From an uncultured delta proteobacterium (GTDB taxonomy: Bacteria > Myxococcota > Myxococcia > Myxococcales > Anaeromyxobacteraceae), in assembly GCA_963814585.1 (NCBI GenBank), contig CAWFDF010000014.1, positions 1 through 64,000 on the forward strand: 64,000 bases of DNA, in the 5' to 3' direction. The translations under genes and the position numbers were made by a program. Under the pieces are notes generated by a model, which saw only the letters and a list, made by a program, of their open reading frames with translations, searched no databases and had not been told where the DNA came from. Positions 53,972-62,600 of this stretch are shown here, in pieces (the stretch's first letter is position 1; each line of letters begins with the position of its first letter).

Positions 53972-55876
53972 ATGCCCTCCGCGCCAGCCTCGATCGACCC
54001 CAAGGGCCAGGGCCCCGTGGATCTCTCCAGGCTGGCCGGGTTCAAGCTGGGCAACTACCGGCTCGAGCGAATCCTCGGGCGTGGCCGGATGGGCGTGGTC
54101 TACCTGGCGCAGGACGAGGCCCTGCTGCGGCCCACCGCCATCAAGGTGCTGGCCTGGGCGAGCGGCGACGCCAGCGGCCAGGATCCGGTCCAGTGGTTCC
54201 TCGGCGAGGCCCGGCTGGTGGCGCGCATCAACGATCCGCGGGTGGTGCAGATCTACGGCGCGGCCAGGCAGGGGGACTACTGCTACATCGCCATGGAGTA
54301 CGTGGCGGGCCAGTCCACCGAGGCGCTCATCGCCACCGGGGGACGCCTCTCGCCGGAGGCGGCCACCGACATCCTGGTGCAGTCCTCCTCGGCCCTCCAC
54401 GCCGCGCACGTCGCCGGCGTCGTCCATCGCGACGTCAAGCCGGGAAATCTGCTGATCGGACCGGGCGGCATGACCAAGCTGGGCGACTTCGGCATGGCCC
54501 ACGGCTCGGCCGGCGTCCCGGTGGGCAACGCCTCCGTGCGCGCCGGCACGCCGTTCTACACGGCGCCGGAGATCTGGCGCGGCGCCGTGGCCAGCCCGGC
54601 CTCCGACATCTACGCGCTGGGCGCGACCTACTTCCACCTGCTCACCGGGCGGCCACCCTTCCTCGGCGCCGACCTGGACGAGGTCGAGCGCGCCCACCTC
54701 GGGGCGCCGGTCCCCGATCCTCGCGATCTGGTGCCCGGGCTCCCGCCCTCCTGCTCGACGCTGGTGGCGCGGGCGCTGGCCAAGAACCCGGCCGATCGCC
54801 AGCCCTCGGCGCAGGTGCTGATGTGGGAGGGCCGCCGAGCGCTCCAGGAGCTGGCGGCCGCCTCCCCCGCCACGCCCCCGGCCAGGAGCCTCGCGCCCAC
54901 GCCGGCGCGCCCGCCGAGGCCACCTGTCCCCCGACCCGCGCCGCCACCACTGGCCGGACGCTTCCAGTTCATCCGGGCGCCCTTCGACCTCTTCGACCCG
55001 CTCCTCGCCCCCTTCCAGGCCGCGCCGCTCGACGGAGTCCGGCGGCGGCTCCAGGCCCTGGTCGAGGACCCTCCCACGACGCAGGTGGCGCTCACCGGCC
55101 CGCCCGGGAGCGGCCGGACGACGCTGCTCAGGCAGCTGGCCGCCGACGTCGCGATCTCGGGGGCCCGCCTGGTCCTCTCGGTGGACGACGCGAGCCGGGA
55201 CGATGGCCGGTCGGCGCTGCAGCGGCTCTGCCGCGCCGCGGGGGTCCCCGACGAGGGCGTGACACGCCTCGACGGGTTGCTCCACCGGCTCGGCGAGGAG
55301 CGCGGCCGCCCGCTGCCGCTCCTCCTCGTGGACGGGCTCGACGGGAGGTCCGAGCTCGATCCCGACCTGCTGGCCCTGGCCGCGGCGGCGGCCTGGTCGA
55401 GGACCTTCAAGCTGGTGGTGGCGGGGCCGGCGGGGCTGGGCCGACGGCTCGCCTCCGCCACCGACCCGGGCGAGCGGGCCCCGTGGGTCGAGCTCCCGGT
55501 CCCCGCACTCGACGCCGTCCAGGTGGCTCACTACGTCCGCAGCTGGCTCCGCGCCAGCCGGGCCCCGGACGCCGCACCCATCCACCTCTCGGCCGACGCC
55601 CTCCTGCTGGCCGCCCACCGGTCCGGGGGGCGGCCGGGGACCGTCGACGTGATCGGCTGGAACATGCTGGCGCTGGCCGCGGCCGCCGGACGACCCACCC
55701 TCACCTCGTGGCATGCCTGGGCCGCCGCCGCCGGCACCCCGTGGCCCGAGGCCCGCCCACCGCCGGGCCTGGTCGCCATGCCCCCTGGGTGGCCGACCAC
55801 CGAGGCCCGTGCGGTCATCGACGAGTGCCGCCGGGGGGCCGGGCTGCCCCCCTGGCCGGAGGTCGGGAGCACATGA
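53972..55876 (+). CDS. Ser/Thr kinase fused to an ExeA-like AAA domain
   Basis: LGRGRMGVVY, AIK, HRDVKPGN, DFG, YTAPE; then LTGPPGSGRTT, LLLVD, SGG.P. Confidence 0.88.
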   Translation: MPSAPASIDPKGQGPVDLSRLAGFKLGNYRLERILGRGRMGVVYLAQDEALLRPTAIKVLAWASGDASGQDPVQWFLGEARLVARINDPRVVQIYGAARQGDYCYIAMEYVAGQSTEALIATGGRLSPEAATDILVQSSSALHAAHVAGVVHRDVKPGNLLIGPGGMTKLGDFGMAHGSAGVPVGNASVRAGTPFYTAPEIWRGAVASPASDIYALGATYFHLLTGRPPFLGADLDEVERAHLGAPVPDPRDLVPGLPPSCSTLVARALAKNPADRQPSAQVLMWEGRRALQELAAASPATPPARSLAPTPARPPRPPVPRPAPPPLAGRFQFIRAPFDLFDPLLAPFQAAPLDGVRRRLQALVEDPPTTQVALTGPPGSGRTTLLRQLAADVAISGARLVLSVDDASRDDGRSALQRLCRAAGVPDEGVTRLDGLLHRLGEERGRPLPLLLVDGLDGRSELDPDLLALAAAAAWSRTFKLVVAGPAGLGRRLASATDPGERAPWVELPVPALDAVQVAHYVRSWLRASRAPDAAPIHLSADALLLAAHRSGGRPGTVDVIGWNMLALAAAAGRPTLTSWHAWAAAAGTPWPEARPPPGLVAMPPGWPTTEARAVIDECRRGAGLPPWPEVGST

Positions 55877-56196
55877 ACGATCTGGAGACCGTGGCCCGCC
55901 TGCCCGGCGTCAGCGTCGCCGTGCTCGGCGACCTCGAGGGGACCTTCCTGGGGGCGTTCGGCACCGCCGACGGGGAGACCATCGCCGCCGAGATGGGGTT
56001 CGTCGGCAGTGCCATGCGGGGAGCGGGTGAGCTGCTCGGCCTCGGTGCCCTCGCCTCCCTCTCGTTCTCCGGCCGGACCAGCGCCTGCCTGCTGGTGGTT
56101 CGCCCCCGGGCGCTCATCACGGCGCTGGTCGCGCCGCCCCAGTCGCTCGGCCCGGTCGAGCGCGCGGTGGACGCCGCGCTCCAGGGGCCGACCTGA
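55873..56196 (+). CDS. Roadblock/LC7 (MglB-like) protein
   Basis: 107 aa; LPGVSVAVLGDLEG...ETIAA...AGELLGLGAL helix/strand pattern; ATGA overlap. Confidence 0.75.
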   Translation: MNDLETVARLPGVSVAVLGDLEGTFLGAFGTADGETIAAEMGFVGSAMRGAGELLGLGALASLSFSGRTSACLLVVRPRALITALVAPPQSLGPVERAVDAALQGPT

Positions 56197-56197
56197 C

Positions 56198-56393
56198 ATG
56201 GACACCATCCTCCTGGGCCGGCTCGACCTGGCGGGCATCCACGCTGCGCTGCGACGGGGCCGGCCGGCTGCTGGGCCACCGGGGGCGATCGGTCCACCTC
56301 CGGGCGTTCGCCCACGAACTGGCGACCAGGGTCGAGGACGGCGATGATCGCCGGGCCTTCCTGGTCGCGCCGGAGCGGACCGGCGGCACGTAG
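56198..56393 (+). CDS. Small ~64-aa protein (one extra base near 56257)
   Basis: Fills the gap between operon genes; removing one G gives a continuous high-GC3 ORF. Confidence 0.45.
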
Positions 56394-56414
56394 TCCCACG
56401 GAGCGGAGATCCAC

Positions 56415-57332
56415 ATGTCCCTGGTCACCACGATCCAAAGCAGGCTCAGTCGCAAGATCTCGCTGAAGCTGGCCGGCCTCCTGTTCGTGCTCACGTCGGG
56501 CGCGGCCGGGACCATCCTCGTCACCCGCACCCAGCAGATGGAGGAGATGACGCTGGAGAAGGCGCGGCTGGCCGCGGCGGCCGGAGCGAGGCAGTTCGGG
56601 GACACCTTCGACAACGCCATCGACTCCAGCCTGCTGACGGTCAACGACGTCTTCGACCGGTCCTACGTCGAGATCAAGGGCTGGGACTGGGGCGACAAGC
56701 CCAAGTTCCACACCCGCTTCGACGCCTTCTGCGACCGCGCCGTGCTGGTCTTCCAGGACAGGTTCCTGGACGGCGGTGACTTCATCTACGCGGTGGGCGT
56801 CGACGTCAACGGCTACCTGCCGACCCACAACACCAGGTTCCAGCAGCCGCTCACCGGCGTCCCGGAGAAGGACCTGGCCGGCAACCGGACCAAGCGCGTC
56901 TTCAACGATCCGGTCGGCCTGGCCGCCGCCAGGAACACCGAGCCGGGCTTCCTCCAGGACTACGCCCGCGACACCGGCGAGCGGATGTGGGACGTCTCCA
57001 GCCCCATCTTCGTGAAGGGGAAGCACTGGGGTGGCTTCCGCGTCGGCGTCTCGATGGAGCGGATCGCCGCCAGGCAGCGGGCGCTGTTCATCACGCTGAC
57101 CGGCATCTTCGCCGCCTTCGCCCTCATCACCATCGTCACCATGTACGTGGTGGTGGAGCGGGCCATGAGGCCGGTGTCGGCCCTGACCGCGGCCGCCGGC
57201 GCCATCAGCATGGGCGAGGGCCTCGACACCCCCATCAAGTCCCAGTCGAGCGACGAGATCGGCCAGCTCACCAAGGCGGTGGAGCGGCTGCGCGTCAGCA
57301 TGAAGGCGGCCATGAGCCGGCTCGGCGGGTAG
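56415..57332 (+). CDS. Membrane sensor TM-Cache-like-TM-HAMP with no output domain
   Basis: Two TM segments flanking YLPTHN...NRTKRVF...RDTGE...HWG; HAMP (RPVSAL...DEIGQL..AVERLR) then stop. Confidence 0.85.
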   Translation: MSLVTTIQSRLSRKISLKLAGLLFVLTSGAAGTILVTRTQQMEEMTLEKARLAAAAGARQFGDTFDNAIDSSLLTVNDVFDRSYVEIKGWDWGDKPKFHTRFDAFCDRAVLVFQDRFLDGGDFIYAVGVDVNGYLPTHNTRFQQPLTGVPEKDLAGNRTKRVFNDPVGLAAARNTEPGFLQDYARDTGERMWDVSSPIFVKGKHWGGFRVGVSMERIAARQRALFITLTGIFAAFALITIVTMYVVVERAMRPVSALTAAAGAISMGEGLDTPIKSQSSDEIGQLTKAVERLRVSMKAAMSRLGG

Positions 57333-57345
57333 AGGAGACACCACC

Positions 57346-57978
57346 ATGACCCGGACCACCACGCTGCTCGCGTCGCTCCTCCTTGCCGCCGCCACCCTCT
57401 CCCCGGCCCTGGGCCGGGCGCAGCCCAGGCCGACCGCCGCCCAGCTGGAGCTGCTCAACACCCAGGAGCGGGAGATGCTCGCGGTCGCCCAGGACTTCGC
57501 TCGCCGGGTCTCCGAGACCATGGAGGCCTGGCTGGCCGCCAAGGAGGTGAGCGAGGAGCGGCTCTTCTCCTTCCTCTACTACCCGGTCGCCAAGACCGAC
57601 CCGCCCAAGTTCACCACCGACTGGGACCGGCTCTCCGATCGGGACGTCCAGGGGATCGAGGAGGCGGCGATGAGCCGCGCCCAGGGACTGGTCTACGCCG
57701 TGCTGGTGGACCGGCACGGCTACCTTCCGACCCACAACCTCCGCTACTCTCAGCCCCTCACCGGGAACCTGGCCAACGATCTCGTCAACAACCGGACCAA
57801 GCGCATCTTCAACGACAGGACCGGCCTGGCGGCGGCCAGGAGCGCGGCCCCATTCCTCGTCCAGCGCTACCAGCGCGACACCGGCGAGACCATGGTGGAC
57901 CTCTCGACGCCGGTCTTCGTGCGCGGGGTGCACTGGGGTGCGGTCCGGCTCGGCTTCCGGGCCATCGACGCGCGCTGA
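57346..57978 (+). CDS. Exported stand-alone paralog of the same Cache-like sensor domain
   Basis: AGGAG RBS, signal peptide; YLPTHN, QPLTG, NRTKRIFND, RDTGE, HWG. Confidence 0.85.
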   Translation: MTRTTTLLASLLLAAATLSPALGRAQPRPTAAQLELLNTQEREMLAVAQDFARRVSETMEAWLAAKEVSEERLFSFLYYPVAKTDPPKFTTDWDRLSDRDVQGIEEAAMSRAQGLVYAVLVDRHGYLPTHNLRYSQPLTGNLANDLVNNRTKRIFNDRTGLAAARSAAPFLVQRYQRDTGETMVDLSTPVFVRGVHWGAVRLGFRAIDAR

Positions 57979-58039
57979 GGGGCCGGCGCGGCCTGGGCGG
58001 GCCCTTCCGCCCGGATCGCGGAGCAGCGCCCCGGGACCC

Positions 58040-59479
58040 CTACCTCGGCTTGCCGATGGCGGGAGGCTTCCAGGAGCCATCCAGGGCCGAGGGGGGCCGC
58101 CCTCTCGGCCCGTGGAGCCGCAGCACCAGGGAATACCGGCCCGCCGGCACCTGCAACCAGTTGGACTCCCGCCCCTTGGGCGGGTCCACCTGCAGCAGCA
58201 GCTCGAGCGAGCCGTCGCGGTGGTACTGGAACCTGCCCCGCGAGCTGAGCGGGTTCCGCCCGCCCTTGCCGAGGAACGGGACCCCGCGCTCGTCGTACAC
58301 GCTGAGCGTCCAGAGCGCCAGGGCCGGTGGGCCCTTGCCCCGGTTGAAGCGCAGGGCGCGGCGGACGCGGCCCTCCAGCGGCTTCCCGCCACCGTCCACC
58401 TCGGCCGTCAGCACCACGCCGTCGAGCGCGCGGTCGGCGCCGGCGGCGACCTCGGCGGCGCGCCCGAGGTAGCCGGGGGCGGGAGCCCCCACGCCCGCGG
58501 CGGCCCACCCGTTGACCGGCGCCGCCGGGCTCGCCGCCGACGTGATCCTCTCGTGCGCCAGCCTGGGCACGCCGGCCATGGCCTTGATGACCGAGGCGTC
58601 CAGGCCGCTGGGGTCGTAGTCCTTCCCGGGCACCAGGCCGATCCTGGCCAGCGTCGGCAGGATGGTGGCGTCGTCGGATGCCGGCGGATTGACCTTGAGC
58701 AGCGTGGCCAGGAGCTTGAAGTAGACCACGGCGTCGAGCGCCTGGAGCTGCTCCCGGATCGGCGTGGTCACGTCCAGCGAGGCGTCGGGGCGCCCCGGCG
58801 GAGCCACGTACTTCTTCGGATTGGCGCCGAGCGGCAGCAGCGTGAGCCGATCGACCCACGCCTGCGCCTCGCCCCGGTCCACGCTCCCGCCCGCCGCCAG
58901 CACTCGCCCGCCGATCCGGACCAGCGCCGTGGGCGACCTCACCTCGCGGACGCCGGCCGGGAGCTTCCCGCTCCAGCCCGGTCCGGTCACGGCGATCCGG
59001 CCGGGCCGCCCCTTCGCCCCCGGGCCGCCGGCCATGTGGAGGAGCTGGTTCCAGGCCGACCGGAAGGTCACGACGTGGTAGCGCCCCCGGGTGTCCGGGA
59101 GCGAGAGCACCCACGGCTCGGCGCCGACGTCCACCCAGGCCTCCAGCGAGAGGGTGTCGAGGGATCCTCGCGGCGCCCGCTCCGCCGGCGTGGGCGGCCC
59201 CCGGGGCCGGGCCAGCTGGTCCATGGGAGCCTGGGCCCCCGCCGGCCTGTCCACGTTGGTGGCCACCCGGCGCGCCAGCTCGGCGCCCACCAGCGGGTAG
59301 CCATAGACGTAGGCCTCGACGGCCGCGTCCAGCGCCTCCCTCTCGCGCTCCGCCTCCCTGGCGACGGCCGCGGGCGGCCGCTGGCCAGCCTGCGGGGGCG
59401 GGGGCGGCGGCTTGCAGGCCGCCAGGGCCAGGGCCACCGCCATGGACAGCCACCTCAGGCCGCGAGTGGATCGACCCAT
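58040..59479 (-). CDS. DUF1254/DUF1214 lipoprotein
   Basis: LAAC lipobox, AYVYGYPLV, VTGPGWSG, VNGW, WTLSVYD, DGSL, NWL..P, LVLRLHGP. Confidence 0.85.
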   Translation of the reverse strand: MGRSTRGLRWLSMAVALALAACKPPPPPPQAGQRPPAAVAREAEREREALDAAVEAYVYGYPLVGAELARRVATNVDRPAGAQAPMDQLARPRGPPTPAERAPRGSLDTLSLEAWVDVGAEPWVLSLPDTRGRYHVVTFRSAWNQLLHMAGGPGAKGRPGRIAVTGPGWSGKLPAGVREVRSPTALVRIGGRVLAAGGSVDRGEAQAWVDRLTLLPLGANPKKYVAPPGRPDASLDVTTPIREQLQALDAVVYFKLLATLLKVNPPASDDATILPTLARIGLVPGKDYDPSGLDASVIKAMAGVPRLAHERITSAASPAAPVNGWAAAGVGAPAPGYLGRAAEVAAGADRALDGVVLTAEVDGGGKPLEGRVRRALRFNRGKGPPALALWTLSVYDERGVPFLGKGGRNPLSSRGRFQYHRDGSLELLLQVDPPKGRESNWLQVPAGRYSLVLRLHGPRGRPPSALDGSWKPPAIGKPR

Positions 59480-59682
59480 GAGCCCATGACCTCCTCGAGA
59501 CCCGGCGGCCTCCCGGGTCCATGGTCTCGAGCCTCGTGGCCTCGAGCTTCCGGGGCGCGAGCTTACCGGACGCGGCCCGCCGCACCAGTGGATTTCGTGC
59601 TGGGGCGCGCTCCAACGCGCGTCGACAACGTCCGGTCCACGTGGTTAGGTCGAGGCTCCGGCTCCACGGCGAGGTCCTGCGA

Positions 59683-62600
59683 ATGGTCGAGGCCAATCCC
59701 CAGTCCCCGTACGACAGCCTGGCGGCGCGGTGGTCGGCGGCCACCGCGCCCGATCGTCTCCTCGAGGACGCGACCTGCGAGGCCCTGGGATCGATCACCC
59801 CGGGCGATCTGGCCGGGATCGAGCCGGTGGTCGCCGCGCTGGTCCAGCGACTCGACGCCGAGGCCACCCGGAGCGGGGCGCGCCGCGCCCTGTTCGCGCT
59901 CTTCGACGGCGCCCGGCGCCGCGGCTTCACCGAGGCGCTGACCCAGCCGCAGATCGACCCGTGGCTCGGGCTCCTGCTCCCGCTCGTCCGGCGCATCGAC
60001 TTCACGGTCGGCGAGCTGCTCCGCTCGCGCGAGGAGACCGACCCCAGGGTGGTGGCCATCCGCACCCTCGGCCAGGACGCCACGGAGCTGACCGTGGCCG
60101 AGGTGGCGCGCCGCACCCGGTCCATCGCCCGCGGCCTGCTGGCCATCCTCGGCGACGAGCCCGAGACCCGCGTCGCGTTGCTCTCCGAGAACACGCTCGA
60201 GGCCGCGCTCTGCGACCTCGCGTGCCTCACCAACGGCTTCGTCGACTTCCCGCTCCCCGCCAACGCGGTGGCCGAGCAGGTCGTCTACATGCTGAGGCAC
60301 TCCAGGGCCCAGGTGCTGCTGGCCTCCGACGAGGAGCAGGTCGGCAAGGTCCTGCCCTCGCTGGCCGGCCTGCCGGACCTCAAGGCGGTGGTGGTCTTCG
60401 ATCCCACCTGCGCCAGCCGGAACGGGCTGCTGTCGTTCGAGCAGATGGTCGGCCAGGGGGCGGGCTTCGACGAGCCGCTGCGGGCGGCGCGGGCGGCGCG
60501 GGTCAAGGCCACCGACATGGCGACGGCCATGTACACCTCGGGCACCACCGGGAAGCCCAAGGCCATCGTCTTCACGCACGAGAACCTGGTGTCGAAGCGC
60601 CTTTGCCGCGGCTTCGCGCTGCCGGAGGTGGGAGAGGGCGACACCTTCCTCTGTTACCTGCCGCTCTACCACACGTTCGGCCGGTGGCTGGAGCTCATGG
60701 GGACGGTCTGGTGGGGCGCCACCTACACGTTCGCCCGCTCCACGGCGCAGTCCTCGCTGCTGGAGGACTTCCGCAGCGTCAAGCCGACCGTCTTCATCTC
60801 GGTGCCCAAGAAGTGGATCGAGCTGCAGGACGCGGCGGCGTGGGAAGCGGCCGGCGAGGACGAGGAGGAGACCGCCGGCCACCTGCGGGTCATCACCGGA
60901 ACCCGCCTGCGCTACGGCCTCTCGGCCGCCGGCTACCTCGACCCAGGCATCTTCAAGAACTTCCACCAGGCCGGGGTCGAGCTCTGCTCCGGCTATGGCA
61001 TGACCGAGGCCACCGGCGGCATCACCATGACCCCGCCCGGGGGCTACGTCGACGGCTCTATCGGCGTGCCGCTCCCCGGCATCGAGTGCCGCCGCGCCGA
61101 CGACGGTGAGCTGCTGATCCGCGGCATCTACGTCTCTCCCGGGTACCTCGACGGCGGGCCGGAGGAGGCCGGCGCCCACGATGCGGACGGCTGGTTCCAC
61201 ACCGGCGACCTGGTGAGCGTCGACGACGGCCACTTCCGGATCGTCGGGCGCAAGAAGGAGATCTACAAGAACCGCGCCGGGCAGACCATCGCCCCGGCGC
61301 GCGTCGAGAACCTCTTCCGCGACTTCGAGGCCATCGGCCAGGCCTTCCTGGTCGGCGACCACCGCGACTACAACACGCTGCTGGTCTGGCCCAACTACGA
61401 GCAGCAGCCGCAGCTGCGCGAGCTCTCGCCAGACCAGCTCCGGGATCTCATCTCCTCGCTGGTGGCCAGCGCCAACCGGTTCCTGGCCCCCTTCGAGCGC
61501 GTGGTGACGTTCCAGGTGCTCCCCCGGGCCCTCGACGTCGAGCACGGCGAGCTGACCCACAAGCACACCTTCAAGCGCGAGGTGGTCGGGGAGTCCTGGA
61601 AGGACCTGATCGACAAGATGTACGAGCAGAAGCACCTGGCGCTGGCGATCGACGGGTGGTTCCTGCGCATCCCCAACTGGGTGCTGCGCGAGATCGGGGC
61701 CCTCCGGCACGAGGTCTCCCTCCAGGAAGGCGTGCTCCGCGCCGGTGACCGGGCGCTGGCGGTCGGCCCCGACGTGGCGGCCCTCGGCTCCTTCCTGCTC
61801 GGCGATCTCGCCTACGCCTCGGAAGGGACGGTCATCGATCTCGGCGTCGTGCTCTCCCGGCCGGCCCTCTGGCTCGGCAACGAGGCGATGCGCCGCTTCC
61901 TCGGCGACGAGGCCTTCCTGGCCCTGGCCGCCAAGCGTCGCAAGGGAGGAGCCGAGTACCGGATCGACCCCCGGAACTGGCACGGCCCGCCTCCGGAGCG
62001 GCAGCCGGGCCTGCTCGACCAGGTGGACCGGACCGAGGTCAGCCTCCTCTCCATCCACGCCGCCGCCGAGCTGCTCCGCGCCGAGCGGCCGGAGGCGCGG
62101 CGCGCCATCGGCCACCTGCAGCGCGGGCTGACCGCGGCCTCCCCGGAGCAGGCCCGCCTGAGCCGCGCCTTGCTCCGCCGCGCCGCCGACGCCCCCGACG
62201 AGGACGTCCGCCGCCGCGCCTTCCGCGTCCTGCTGCCCAACGAGGACCCGGCCCTGACCCTGGAGACCTTGAGGGCCTTCCTCGACCGGATGGAGGCGAT
62301 GGCGCTGCGCGACGAGGACCTCGCCGACCTCGGTGAGCGCGGCCTCTCCGACGCCCAGGTCCTGCGCCTCCTCGAGCACCTGGCCTCCGACCGGGCCAAC
62401 GGGCCGCTCACCGACGCCTCCGACCAGAAGCTGCTGATCGGCGTGATGCGGCTCCTCACCGCCACCGCCATCGCCCACCCCGGCTACTTCGCCCGGGTGC
62501 GCGTCCCGCTGGCCCGGCTGACCCTCCACGAGGACGCCAGCATCTCCGCCCGCGCCGGCGAGGAGCTGGACCGGCTTCGCCGTGGCTTCTCCAACTGGAT

